Part shown: piece by piece, positions 1 to 13,965 of the stretch
How the letters are laid out: every line of letters starts with the position of its first letter
How positions within the stretch are numbered: the stretch's first letter is position 1
NCBI RefSeq assembly: GCF_006345805.1
Contig: NW_021837025.1
Coordinates: forward strand, 186,001 to 250,000
Direction of reading: 5' to 3'
Source: Octopus sinensis
Lineage: Eukaryota
DNA: 64,000 nucleotides
The notes under the pieces: generated by a model
What the model saw: only the letters and a program-made list of their open reading frames with translations
Told to the model about the DNA's origin: nothing
Databases searched by the model: none
Position numbers and translations under genes: made by a program

Positions 1-347
1 GAATTCGACGAATATTTTTATCGATCTTCTCAAACTTTTCCGGGCTCAATATCAATCTGTCAATATAATAGTTATGGAGTGAGAGTGCATGTTCGTTTAT
101 AGTCTTGAACAAGTTTACAGAGTTTAATTCAGTTTGGGTCAGGTTTTTAATCCTCTTTGATGCTTCTTCATAGATTTTCTCCATAACTTTATTTTTGGAG
201 TTTAAAAAAGAGCTATTTTTAGTCTATAAAGTCAGAAATTAATTTCCAAAAATCAAAAAATACTCAGAACTCATTTCTTCACTGACGTAACGCTAAGCGG
301 TATCTGGAACATAATGCGATTTAATTTAAATAAGAACAGCGTCGTTT

Positions 348-2056
348 ATGGGAAATGCCAGTGACGGCACGTATTTCTGTGCTGTCTTATATTCACAGAC
401 TAGTAGCATAAAAGGGAACATCAGACGTGTGAATCGAAAGCCTCCGGGAGACCTCGCCGCCCATTTCATCGACGAAAATGTCACAAACCCGGAAGAATCT
501 AAACCTGACGTCACGGGAATTTCCCAGTACTGGGAAGGTCAGGAAAATGTATTCTGACATTTCTAAAACATTTAAGCTTTTCGACAAAACATTCGTGCAG
601 CACAAACCCAAGTGGTTCGAAAAGAAGGGACTTTTTTCTGGTTTGGGGTACCCATAGATTGTTCGTAGAAGGCAATGTGAAAAAGGAGACAAAGAAAGAC
701 GTCGCAAAGTCCAAAAAAGACAAAAAATCCGAGGATAAACAGTCATCGGATCCCGCAAAAAAGAAGGATATCAAAACCGATCAAGTCCAAAAAATTGGGC
801 CCGAAAAGAATTTGGAAAATACCGCCAAATCTCAACCAGAGGGGACACCAGCGTCCTCTAAGAATGTCAAAGACGTCGCAAAGTCCAAAAAAGACAAAAA
901 ATGCGAGGATAAACAGTCAATGATCCTGCAAAAAAGAAAGATATCAAAACCGAGCAAGTCAAAAAGATTGGACCCGAAAAGAATTTGGAAAATGCCTCCA
1001 AATCTCAACCAGATGAGACACCAGGATCCTCCAAGAATGTCAAAGACGTCGCAAAGTCTAAAAAAGACAAAAAATACGAAGATAAACAATCAGTGGATCC
1101 TGCAAAAAAGAAAGATATCAAAACCGATCAAGTCCAAAAAATTGGGCCCGAAAAGAATTTGGACAATGCCGCCAAATCTCAACCAGATGAGACACCAGCG
1201 TCCTCCAAGAATGTCAAAGAAAAAGTTAAGGATTCAAAAAAACACGCATCCAAAGTGAACACAGAAAATGTCGAGAAGACCTCAAAGGTGAAACCTTCAA
1301 AAGTCATCGAAGAAAAGACAGAAAAAGATCAGAAAAAGAAAAAATCAATGAAAGAAAAGGAAACGAAAATCAATAAAATACCAAAAGACGATCAAAAACC
1401 TGAGATTAAAGTCTCCATCAAAGCGGAAGCCGAGAAGGTAAGCCAGTCCAACAAAGTCACACAAAATCTGAAAGAGGTCGAGACTAAGGAGAAGGAAGAC
1501 AGTAAGGGCAATAGAAAGATCCAACTGTCGAGAGCTAAAAGTGTAGGAGTTAATCCTGACCTGAACTTGGTTGACGAGGAAGTATTTACTGCTAAGCATA
1601 AGAGACGAGAATCTGTATTCCATGGTCGATAGTGACCTGTTTTAGGAAAATCAAGTCAAAAATAGTAATTTCATTGAGATTCTCTGTGAGGACATCAGTT
1701 TGTCGTCAGTCGATGAGAACAAAGAGGAAAAAAAGTTGTCCAAATTTATGTTGAAACATAGAGGTAAATTGGAAATGAAAGTGTCCTCAGATTGCCAGAA
1801 ACTTCCATTATTCCCAGAAATGGACTTTGTGATTACGGGAGATTCATCCTCGAATTTAGATGAAAATAAACAAGAGAACATCGTCCTTCGGGACAAAAAT
1901 AAGAAGAAATATGATAGCAAATCATCGTCAAAAAGCGAAAACGTACCAAAGAATAAACAATCTTCAATAAAAGTAGACAAGAATTTTAAGGAACAAAGAA
2001 CAAAGTCAACAAAACAAGTTCAGCACTCCAGTCGCAGTGAATGTCAGAATAAATAA
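348..2056 (+). CDS. Lys/Glu/Asp/Ser-rich low-complexity protein with three 58-aa repeats; multi-exon, one frameshift
   Basis: ORFs 348-557, 659-1258, 985-1632 and 1700-2056 share the strand and composition. A 31-nt GT-AG intron at 1615-1645 joins the last two in frame. The N-terminus MGNASD is a possible myristoylation motif. No recognisable domain; exon limits are uncertain. Confidence 0.5.
698..1218 (+). repeat. Three tandem copies of a 174-bp (58-codon) unit
   Basis: GACGTCGCAAAG recurs at 698, 872 and 1045 (periods 174 and 173). Copy 2 lacks one base near 920. Confidence 0.95.
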
Positions 2057-3494
2057 TAGACTAACATTAACAAACTTAATGGTTTATATGTGGATTAGTG
2101 TTTATTCCTTCCATTCGTGCCTACCAATACTGATGGATAGTATTGTTAACAAACAGTCGCATTGATTATACAGATGAACACTGATAGGACGTGTATTCAC
2201 CTCAATGTGGAGTGATAAGGAAATAACGATTTATTGACGTCATAAGTGTAAGATTATCCATCCATGCGCTAGGAAATGTTAAAAATTGTTAGGAAGGGAT
2301 AAAAATAGTGAGAAATAACATATTTGGCAAGTATACGTTTTATTTTATTAAATTTGTCGATTAGATCAACAAATAAACATATTATTAGTGGGGCAACCAC
2401 TTAGTTGAACTAAAAAATCACAATCTGACCTATTTTGATCCAAAAAAGCGAAATTTGACCAAAATGTGAACCTAAAAGAGGCAATAATTTTAAGAAACTT
2501 AAATAATAAAGAATCATAAAATGTTCGACGTTTTCCGATTTAAAATTTCTATCTTTTAGCAAAATTTAATTATCAAATACAATTTAATTTAGTTTTACCC
2601 TTCAAGCACGAATCAAATGTGCAATTAATGTTAAGTAGAACAGGTTAAGAACAAGTAAAAAATTGTTCCTATTAATATTTGCACTTGGAATCGTATCATC
2701 CACACTCTGACATACGGTTGATGCATTTGGCGAACAATTTAATGCTATTCCATTAATGAGATTGCTGATTTGAAAATGCGTAAGAGAATATTTATGAATT
2801 TTCTTTTCTGACATCAGGCTCATCAAGCAAGTCTTTTCATTCATGAATAATTCGATCATGTCATCAAGTCTTTCCGCCGACATTTTGATTCTAAAGATAA
2901 CACGAATCCAATATTATTGTAAAAACTTATTAAGGCATGACTCCGTAGTTTATATAATGGAACATTGGCTGAAACAAACGCTTTAGTTAGATGGGGTGGA
3001 AAATCATTCCTACCAACAGTAGTGAAAGGAAACGTTTGAATCCTCTTTTTGTAAAATATGTTTTAGCGTCAATTTGTGCTTATCTACAAATTATTATTAC
3101 TTCCACCAGAAATAATTAAAAATTCAGTGGGAAATTCCTTGATAATTCTCGAGGCTTTTTGATAAGTGGATTTTTAAGAGGGTTGGCCAACTTTAGTTTT
3201 TTCGCACACTATGCAGGATCCATGAAAAAATATATTCAAAAACACGGATAAAAAAATAATGAACGATGATGTAATTTAATTTTGTTGAAAAATTTTTAAT
3301 GAAAAAATTGATGAATATGGAAAAAATAATATTTCCAATCTTGATGAAACTTGCAAATATAAACCTGTTAATATTTGAAGCGACAAATTATCAAGAGACA
3401 AAAAATAGCAAAGTTTACCTAAAAACTTTTAAAATAAAATTTTTTAATAAAGAAATGTTTTTAAAGAGCATTTTTATAACAGAATAATTATGTT

Positions 3495-6400
3495 GTGCAG
3501 AGAGAAGTTTATAGTTGTTTTGGTGTGTGCATGTACGTTTCCAAGCAGTTAAGGAAAACGAAACCTACGGGCCTTCCTGCAAATAAAAAGAACTTAAAAA
3601 AGACAGGACCGTCGCCTATGGGACCTCACAATGCCACAAGAGCTAATGGTGTTAAGAAGATCTTGTTGGTGATGCTGCCAAAACTAACTTGCATTCTCTT
3701 TCTGCGATCATCGGAAATGTCAATGGTGTCTCTGAAGGCGAATGGGTGTCTCAGATTGCCCTTGCCACGAAGCAAAGACTTGGAAGGATGCCAAGAGGTG
3801 GTTGGAACCTTGTCCTGGAGAAGTTCAATGAGAAGTACTCGGCAAAGTGCTCCAGTTTATGCCAACTAAAGAGCATGGCTAGACGGAATAACAATGTGCA
3901 AGGGAGATGCGACTCTTCCAGAGTGCAAGATGATGTGGACGTAGAAATTTCCAGTTTCAGAAATTGCCTAGAGGAACTCAAATTCCAAATTGGGAAAGTT
4001 CAGTCTATTCAGAGAGACTCTCGAAAGCCAACTCCAAAGGTGCAACGAAGGATGGTAAAAACTGATATCCTGGCTGGATTAAATTCTGCAATTTATCATA
4101 TTACAAAGATGATCCGCCCCAAGATATTAATCAAATTACCGATATTCTATATGCTGCACAGTGTGCTTATTTGGCCTTAACTACGAAAGCCAGACCACAG
4201 AGCACATGGTTGGAAAACACGGAAAGAAAAATCTCTAAATTAGCAGATGAAATTGACACAGTTCGTTCCTTCTCAAACAAACCTTGCCTCAGGCAGAAAA
4301 GCAAAAGGCAATGGATGTTCTCTGCCGCTACGGATATAAGAAGTCTAAGAAGGGGGAGCTAACCAGAATTGAGACTCTATTGAATGATCTAATTAGAATC
4401 AAAAAGAAACAGATATCTATCCATTCCTCGAGGAAAAATTTCCGGAAAGACAATGCGTGTTTTGAATTAAACCGCAGAAGATTTTATCGAAACTTATCTT
4501 CGAGCAACGAAGCCACCCTGTATGGGTTTGGTGATGGTGAGTGCTTATCATTTTGGGAAGATGTCTGGAGCAAGAAAAATGGGGCCCGTAGTTTATGATT
4601 TTGTGGGTGTGAGGTGTACTGGCGGTGAAACCATGCGACCTCAATTCACAAGTGATTTTATTATGGATATGCTCAAATATGCACCTGACTGGAAGGCATG
4701 CGGATGCGACGGAACGTATAACTTTTTCTTAAAGAAGATGGATTCTTTGCATGGGTTTCTGTGTAAAGAGATAGTCCGAATAATTAATGGAGAGTACACG
4801 CCTGATAGCTGGTTTTACACTGGCGTAACTTACTTGATCCCTAAAAAAAGTGAGTGTGAGACCCCGAAGGACTTACGCCCTATAACGTGTATGCCAACTT
4901 TGTATAAACTTGTCACCAAATGTGTTAATGCCAAACTGGCCGATTTCATCGAGGCATTTGGCTTAATCTCAGATAATCAGCTTGGGACGAGAAAGCAATG
5001 TCAAGGCGCCAAAGAGCAAGCCCTCATTAACCAATGCTTAAATAAGGAGTATGGAAATGGCCTCTATTCTGCTTGGGTCGATGTGAAGAAGGCATTTGAC
5101 TCAGTTGATCACGAGTTCTTGTTCCACGTATTGGATTGCTCTGGAATACCACATTGGATTGTCAGCTTTGTAAAGAACATAGTCAAGAAGTGGACAGTAA
5201 ACTTACATATCGATGGGAAAAGAATTGGGAAAGTAAAGTTAAGCCGGGGAATACTCCAAGGAGATTCATTGTCCCCGCTGCTATTCGTTATGGCGATGGA
5301 TCCCCTAAGCAGGATGCTTAACTCCATGTTTCCCAAACTCGAAATTAGTCGGGAAGATCCCAATATGTTGACATACTCCACCAATCATTTCTTCTTTATT
5401 GACGATCTGAAAATAGTTGCCCTCAAAGAAGATGTGTTAGTCAAAATGATGGAGGCTGTTAATGGATTTTTTGAAAGTGTCGGCCTAGAGATGAATTCCG
5501 AAAAATCAGCATCTAATGTGGAATCTTTATCATGCTGTGAGACTGTCGATGGAATCAACGGATATCGCTACTTGGGTGTACTTGAAGATGGCGGAAGTAA
5601 TGTTCTCAAGAATAAAGTTATGGACTCCATATTGGAGAATGTCAAGAAGAGGATAACTATGTTGTCAAAAACAAACCTGAATGCTGTAAATTTGTTTCGT
5701 GGAATCAATGAATATGCATTATCCCTATATAATTATTATATTGGGCTAATCAATATTGAACCTTACGAATTTGATGAGATTGACCAACAAATACGCCGAT
5801 TACTTACGACTCTCAAGTTACACCTCCAGCCTGCAAATAAGGAGAGGTTGTATTTGGACCGCAAGACCCTTGGAAGAGGACTTGCCTCAATTTCTTTCAA
5901 AAGCGAATTAATGCTCTTCCAGTTTCTTAAAAGTTTGGAAAAACAGTCGACTACCTGTCTGCGGAGGTCGGGTATTCTGCGAGTAATAAAAGGAAAAAAA
6001 TGGCACTTAGCCACAATCGCAGAATTTCTTGTCTCCAAATATGCAGCTGTCGGCAGGGAAAATCTGACCATTGAGTTACTGAAGGACGCACAAAGGAAAC
6101 TCTTGCTTAACCGAATTAACAGTAAATCACTACACTCGGTGATGTTCAAATGTATGGAGGAATCAGATGTCGACATATCTACTTCTTCGCAATGGCTATC
6201 GAAAGGGAACAATGGTCCACGAAGCGAAGCAATGTACTGTCTTTTGCAAGATAGGAATTTGTTCTTTGCATACACGGGATCACTATGCGTCCACTGCAAA
6301 AAAAGCAGACTGTTGACCATCTAGCCACGCGGTGTGGTAGGATGCTAAACAGTGATTATCTCCGAAGACACAACGAAGTGGTAAAGTGTATTCATCTCCA

Positions 6401-7031
6401 CTTGTGTCGAATGTATGGAATAAAACGAAGCAGGAAATTGAAAGGACATTCAGTCGTGTCAACAATGTCGACCCAAAATGTCGAAATCAGAGTTGACACT
6501 TCAATTATGACTGAAACAAAGGTTCAATTCAATAAACCTGATATCTTCGTTTATGACAAGAGGAAAAGAGAAATTCATTTAATCGAAGTGGGAGTTACCT
6601 CGCAAGACCGTTTAAAGCAAGTTGAAGTGGAGAAATTTCACAAATATGACCTGCTTGCAAACGAACTGTCGGTTCTCTATGAAGCAAAAGTGAAGATTAT
6701 TCCAATTGTCTTGACATGGGATGGAGTTGTCTCAAAGTTCTTTAAAAGTCATATGGACAAATTATCCATTGAAGAAGGAACGAGGACATACATCCAGTCG
6801 GTTGTGCTGAAGAGGACTCTAGAGAGTATGCTTATTGAACACAGACATGGGATGAAGGTAGACAACGAGGAGTACGCCTCTGCCGCCAATCAACTTGCGG
6901 AGCTGGCATGTCGTGAGGACACTCAGTTGAACAATTACTTTGACGCAGAAATGGAAAATGATGAGAATTTGTTGCAAACTCTTCTTCCAAGCGAAGAAGA
7001 GAAATCACTGACGATCTGGATTCTTAAATAA
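3495..7031 (+). mobile_element. Near full-length non-LTR retrotransposon with RT, CCHC knuckle and restriction-like endonuclease (R4/NeSL-like), about four frameshifts
   Basis: ORF 4522-6324 has RT motifs (LRPITC, DVKKAFDSV, GILQGDSLSPLLF, FIDD, YRYLG). It is followed by CVHC..H....C, RRHNEVVKCIH, KPDI and IEVG in ORF 6285-7031. Upstream ORFs 3689-4598 form the frameshifted N-terminal part. No introns. Confidence 0.9.
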
Positions 7032-7171
7032 TTTAAGATAGAATTTACATAATTAATTTTTATTAAACATTGGTTATAGTTGTTGCAGAGAGAATTATTA
7101 GATTTGTGATGGCATAAATCTTTATTTCATTTTCAAAGAATCCCCGAAAGTCCTTCAACGAAGACGACTTA

Positions 7172-8576
7172 TTGGCCGACGTTCCCTCAGTGTGCAGACT
7201 GGAGAGTGGACTCCCAGAACAGGCCTCCGAAACCCCCAGATATCTCGAAGAAACGACTTCTAACTCGAAATATCGAAAAAGATTCGTATTTAGTGAAGAA
7301 AACTGCGATAATTCTCAAACCCTGCAAATAACTGGATCATACCAGCACCTCAGCGAGGATTCCCCGATGGTGGATTACAACCCTGACCACTTTTCCCAAC
7401 CGGCAAGTGTAGAAATGTCAGTGGCAGGTTCGATCTCCCCGCTCGAGTGACTCATTGCGTAATCTGTCCATTTATAAGGAGGGCTCGCGCGAGTGGGAGG
7501 ACGCTCTCCGAAGCCACATTGAGGCCAAAATAAAGCACAATAGTGAACTTGAGGTAATTTGCAGTCCTTAGTCCCCAGAGGAGAGGAGAGGATGAGGCAA
7601 TCCTTTTATTCGAACATGCCTTCCACACCGCCTACTCCACCGAGAAGTACTGTGAAGTATGTGGGGGGGTTATTTTCTCTCTCCTCCACTCGTGTCTGGT
7701 CTGTTCTGGTAGTTTGCTGCCACTCGATTGTAGATTGTAGACTAACCTGTCACTCCAAGTGTCTTCCCAGCCTTAAACGTGTTTGTGTGGCCAGCCAGGC
7801 AGGGGAGGGATACCCTCAGCGGATATGTCCGGATGAAGGTCTCCATCGACAGAACTACTGCTGTGCGGAATGTGATGCCCCAATATCCTATCAGAGTCAC
7901 TATTCCTTAACCAATCACCAGATGCTGCCAATCGTCCTCGAATATGTGATTTGACTGGCAAGTACTACTGCTCGAAATGCCACTGGAATGATAAAATTAT
8001 AAATCCAGTCAGAGTCCTCATTAACTGGGACATAAGGACATATCCCGTGAGCAGATCCTCCCTCCAACTTGTCTCCATTTTGAGAGACAGACCAATAATT
8101 GACCCCGAATGTCCTCTCTACTTGCCCATGCAGTGTGTTACTCTCAGAATTGGGGAGATTATGGTCTATCGACGACTGATTGGGCGGATGAGATATTATT
8201 TGTGGCAGTGCGACAAGGCTGAGGATTTGTCTCGTCAGTTGGACTCGACTGTGTATGGAATACACCGTCATGTCCTCAATGGCAGTCCCCTCCTCACTTT
8301 CAACGACGTACTCGCACTCAGAGAGGGTGTTCTCTTGTCCAGACTCGCTCATGTTTTTTCTCTGTTTTCTAATCACATTAAACTGTCATGCAGGGTTGGT
8401 GTGTGTGTTTTACAGGTTAGAAATGTCGATTGAGAGGTAAAAAGTGCGTCCTTTGCGATAATGAGGAACTCCTCTACCGATTTGATGTTTCCGCCACATT
8501 TTGTCCCCTCTGTGGTGCCATTGCTCATAGTATGTGTAGTCGAGGTGTTTCCTCCTTCTGTGACTGCCCCTCATAA
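7172..8576 (+). CDS. DEF8: DEF8-like protein (C1 domain plus Rubicon-homology zinc region), micro-introns; start uncertain
   Basis: PDEGLHRQNYCCAEC, GKYYCSKCHWND..INPVRVLINWD, HIKLSC and the C-terminal CxxC pairs match DEF8/PLEKHM RH domains. Confidence 0.75.
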
Positions 8577-8859
8577 TTTATTGACTTTAACATTTTTTTA
8601 ATTTTTGGCCGAAATAGGTCGGGTGTACCCGGAAATCCTCATTTTACTTGGATTTCATCTTAAATGTTTTTTTTAAAGTTTCAGGTGATACATAAGGCAT
8701 CTCAATCCTTATTTAGAGAGCAATAACAACCTCGAGGAAAAGACTGTTTTTTTATTTAACCCAAAATTTGCTCTTCCCAGGAAAAGGCTGTTAAACTTTA
8801 AAATTGACAACGTATTAAAATACTAAATGTATATTTATTTAGGACTATATAATTGTGGT

Positions 8860-10500
8860 TTCTATAGTACCAAAAACTACTTTGATGGGGACAATCGACT
8901 GGAAAAAATTATGTAAAAATCTAAAATTGGCTAAAAAATAGCGGCCGTGAATCTGACTGAAATTGAAAAGACACAAAACCACCCAGCAATCCAAGAAAAC
9001 TTAGCCAACATCCTCAACTGTCGTCCCGCCTCCGAATTTGTTGATCTTTTAAAGTGAACACTACAGGACATGTCGTCGGTCGATCCCAACTTCCACAAGC
9101 TCTTCAATCTGGCCCAACTAACCATAAAAAGCCTGATGGTACTCAGACGTGCTCATCCAATCTCAGGAGTCCCAGAGTTATCTGAGCGGGGTCATTGTAG
9201 CCATGGGGGACAAACTGAAGATCAGTCAAGAGGCGAGAAGTGTCCATGAATGACTAGTAGAAGTGTGAGGAGCAGAACGAGGGCAAGGAAATGGCCAATG
9301 AGAGAGCGTCTCGATATAAAAAGAAATGCACAATTCTAAACAAAATGATGAACATTCAACAGCAAATTCTGTCGAAGGGACAAGACGGGGAGTGCAATGT
9401 ATGTGGGCTGGGTTGATCCTTCAGTGTCAGTTCTGCAGCAAGAGTTTCGTGTCCCTCGACTACTTGATCCTTCACATGAAGAAACGGCATTCCGAGTGTC
9501 TCCAAAAATTCAACCCGAATGTAAATCGTGTGAATTAAGACAAGTTATTACTTTCCTGCAAAAATCACGGAATCGTAGCCAGCGAGTCAGCACAGACCGA
9601 TTTGGGAGAACTGAGAACCAAAATTGGAACACATTTTGAGACGAGGAAAGAGTCTACTAAAAAAGACGACTTTTACGAAATTCTGTCGGACCTCAAGTCA
9701 GGAATCCTAAAGGTATCCGCCCGACCTTTGTTTAGAAAGTCGATGAGAAATTTGCGAGTGACAAAATAAACGAGGAAATCGAGGTTATCAAGTTAAAATC
9801 AGAATAGGCAAAACTCCAAGTCCTGAAAACTTCGTTTGAGGGGGAGTTGAAGGACCTCTCAAAAAACCAAGAGAAAATCGTCAATCAGATAGAAAGCCTC
9901 AGTGGGGGACGAAACAGTCTCGGAAACCACATCGGGGACCTGGAGACCGACCCGAATGAAGACCAATTGCGACAAGTCGTTCAAAGTTACGAAGAAAAAG
10001 TGAGGTCTCGAAGTGAGGATTAGATTCGATTGAATGAGTCACGAGCTAAAGATCTACTGAGAAAGGAGACGGACATTTTCCAGTGCAAGTTGGACGACCA
10101 GGAGCGGCAACATGAAAGTCGAGTGGAAGAGGTGTCGTTGGATCGATTACGTAATAGCTTGTATCCATCATTGACCATCTACGTCTACAAATTAAGCGAA
10201 TGGAAGGACAGATTAAGGGAGATCACAAAAAAGTCAATTCCTCGATAGTTTACGATAAGGTGAAGACCAACGCCAAGGACCCGTTGGAAGAAAAGACACA
10301 AGTCCTCTACAGTAGACCTCCAGTCCGCACGGAAGAGAAAATGGAGAGGTAGTATGAAAACTCAGGTCTTTTCAGTCCCACTCCCCAGATCGAGTATTAC
10401 CGGAAGAGGGTCGTGGCTCTGTTCGAGAAGGAACTGCACAAGATTGGGGTGGCGGCTGTAGGAGTCCACAATGGTGATTGATAGGGTGCAAAGACACTGG
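8860..10500 (+). CDS. DZIP1: DZIP1-like ciliary protein (DZIP N-terminal domain, C2H2 finger, coiled coil); ends approximate
   Basis: IDWKKL|SAVNL..IQENLANILNC, VDPNFHKLFNLAQLTI after removing 27-29 nt introns; CQFCSKSFVSLDYLILHMKKRH finger at about 9420-9490. Confidence 0.75.
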
Positions 10501-10789
10501 AGGAGTCACAATATATAATCATAATGGACTCCATTCAAACAAGAACTAAGAATAAATTGACTGTATTGGTTTATAATATCATAGGATAAACGTTTTTTTG
10601 ATTGTCGGCAGCAAATGATGGTGGAACTCGAGAGGAGGATGGCTATCTCATCGAGTGCAAGTTTGATTAATTCGACCAACTCAATGTTTGCATCCAAAAG
10701 TAGTCCCAGAATCCCCACTTCTGTTATGTAACTGTTTTTGTTATGCTGAGCCATTTGTTCGAATATAGGACTAGTTAGGGGCCACAGTT

Positions 10790-13200
10790 AAAAATATATT
10801 TAGGCTTGTCGATTTACATAAAATAACAACAAATGATATATCAAACTCCATCGTTGACGTCCTCACAAGATTCCCTGTTGAGGAATTCAGGAATAACTTC
10901 AAAAGAGTTGAGTCGGTGAGTCCGGACTTCGTGGACCACAATATCGACCTGTCCCATCAAATCATAATCCCCACCAGTTCTGTAAAAAATCCATCAGGGA
11001 GGACAGCCTCAGACAGGTCCTCGGTAAAGTGATCAATGGAGGGCAATATTAGGAAGTAGAGTGATTCCAGATTATCCTTGATGATGGAGTAGACCTGCCA
11101 GTCAGACACATATCACCTCACTATTTCCTGCGTTATTTCCGGATGTTCGGGATTGGCCACCCAGTGATCCACTCTCTCCCCAATGTGGTGAACCAGGGAG
11201 AGTATGTTGTCCAGACAATTCTGGGTTTTCGTAAGACTTTCTTTGGCTACTTTATTTCCCATCCTTGCACACTTTTCCACTGTTTTAAACATAAATAAAA
11301 ACATACAAAAAATGTCAAGATCGAGAAATATTTCTTTCTTGTGCAGTAACTCGTAATAAAGTTGATCATAAACGGTGACACTGTTCAAAAAGCAATCTCC
11401 ATATAAAACAAACATATTGAAGACGACCAAACTCTGTCAGACAAGTCAACAACCCACTACTAAGTATATGATAATGACAGCAGTGGGCATATCAGTGGAA
11501 TCCCGCATAATACAGTTTAGAAGTGTAAACAAGCCTACAATGGAAATATTATACCCAACTATTCCATATGGACTCCCATCGAAAGTCAAGGCGATATTCT
11601 GACTTTTTTTCATAACAAAGTAGGCAGTGAAGACACCTCAGTGCCAGTCTATGGGTGGAGACCCATCAACTTACACATACATGCCACAAGGCAATTCTGC
11701 GTCTAGATTAGACTTGAGGAATTCGTCAAGGAAATCTAATAGGAGAATGGACAGTACTCATGAAGAGGAGAGGCAGTTGAAGGTTTTGATAAGACCTTTT
11801 ACGACCGGGAGGACGTTTGTGTAGGACAGTGGTGAAGGTCACTGCATGTGAGTGAATCAAGTAGTTGGCATATTCATCCTAATCTCTCACCGACTGACCC
11901 AACCCCACAAATTGTGTTGAGCACTAAAAAGCAGAGCAGACACGCCCGTCGTCTCTGAGGCTCTGCCAATTGTGTCATCAGCCTACCAGAAATGTCGAGT
12001 ACAACCATCGACATGAACTCGAGGAATATAGTCAGCACGTTCTTGGTGACTGCTTGTTTGGTTGTCTTACTTTTGACAGGCAGGAATATGTGTGACTGAG
12101 ATGTATATACCACACTACATATGTCAATGCAGCTATAAAGTCTCTGTTGAGTCGAATTCCCTGGAAGAGGGCAAAGAGAGCCGAGAAGCTCTTGGTGAGT
12201 ACTTGTAGATTGGATTCCTCCGTCTTGGTTTTTTTCCACTGGATTATCGACTAACAGTACTTTGTCAGTGAAAAATGAGAGTAGGCGAGACGAGGAGGCC
12301 AGTTTGTCTCGATAGGCCCTTTGGGTAATCACAAGTGACAAACCGATTGAACGAGTCGAGTTTATTAGCAATGTTGAGGACGTATGACTAGATAATCAAA
12401 ATTCCCCCAACCGAGAGCACTTGTTCTTGATTCATTATGGAGAGTTGTACTACAAAGTCATTGGCGGCCTGTGTGAGTGAGGGAGAGTACCTCGGAGTGC
12501 ACAGTCTGAGTAGCCAATGCCAGGAAGACGACCATATCCTCTCCCAGTCCAGGCCTATTATCTCCAATCACTTCGAGGGCGAGTTGGTATGTCCCGGCAA
12601 GCGCATTCGACAACTCTTTCGAGGGGGAGGATATTATTATCTATTCATTAAAAGAGGCAGGCAACAGTGACGAGGGAGAGGAGGATTTGGACGCACTTCC
12701 TGGCTATGAATTGGTTTTCCAGGAGGTCCTTCATGCACTGCGTCAATTTCTGTCAATATGAAAATATGGGGACTTCAAGGTTGTGCCTCAATTCATGTTC
12801 TGTGAACAAATCCCCAATTCGGTGTCTGTTGAGATGAATCAAGTCGAGGAGTATTTTTATTGACTGATTTTATGGGAGGAAATACTTCGAGAGAAGCGTA
12901 GACCACGGAAGGGTCAGAATTGGATATATTACTCACCGACTGGTCAAAAATATCTGCTAATGATTCCTATATAGTGTTATTGATACTAAAAACAACATTC
13001 CCGTCGGACTGGGCCGATATATTTATTAATTCTGGCAGAGTACGAATATTCACCATTATTCAACGACAAGCCACTATTAATATTCTCATTTAATTAATTG
13101 CAATTTAATTTAAATGTTCTAATCAACTTACCTTATTATTACCCATGTCATCTTCACAGATGTTGACAGTAACAGATCGGCCCATAGAATCGAGGTCTAT
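10790..13200 (-). CDS. ARMH3: ARMH3/C10orf76 (UPF0668, DUF1741) homolog; ends approximate
   Basis: FNMFVLYGDCFLNSVTVYDQLYYELLH matches the DUF1741 motif (NLFITYGDTFL....YDELYYEIIR). NDFVVQLSI and KSKTTKQAVTKN lie further upstream. Confidence 0.7.
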
Positions 13201-13965
13201 CAAAACAAATATTGGAACGTCCCAAAAAGATTCTGTACTATTTATTGTCTATTTTGAAGCGGACATTATCTCAAAAAACTGGAAATGATAGGACTTGTCC
13301 TTAAACATTGAGCGGACTGACAGTAGAATTGATATACCCGAAACGAGGAGGCCATGAAAACGTGATTGAGGGCACTCCATCAAGAAAGACGGCCGATGAA
13401 GTTCTATTTGAATTTTTTAGTAGATCGGATAGTCGTTAAAGGGAAACGTGATTAGAGTGCTTAGAAAGTGGTGTGATGGCAATTGATTATCGCAGAACTA
13501 GTATTTGGATGTGTCGAGATTAGTGCCATACTTAATAACTCTTCTTTTATTTCATATGAGATGCTTTGCCTGATCTGATTGATCGATTAATAAATAAATC
13601 CTCAATTTTTTAAAGAATCTGAACGAAAAAATGACTCAATTAAAAAGACAAGCAAATGGCCAATTGAAATCTCTGCCGATCCTTATACCGACGATAAGCC
13701 AGCGAGGAATGATTAGAATGTAGTTGAGCATTATGATCAGATGAATGAAAATAAGATTAAAATATTGAGTTATTTTATATAGACAGACTCTATCTCTACA
13801 AACCTTACAGTATTTTAATAAAAGACATAATCAAATGACCGGGTGTATTGCAGAGGGTGATAACTTTGAATTCACAGAATAGTCTTTGAACGATCATGAA
13901 GGGTTTTTTTAATTTTTAAGAGGAAATGAAGGAAACGAGACATTAATTTTTTTTCACTGTCTAAC

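Noticed and set aside
3689-6324. Frameshifts in the RLE element as micro-introns or programmed shifts
   Set aside because: No suitable GT-AG pairs at the breaks; they look like 1-nt indels, one in an A-run.
10506-10754. 82-aa minus-strand ORF between DZIP1 and ARMH3
   Set aside because: No recognisable motif; cannot be assigned to either gene.
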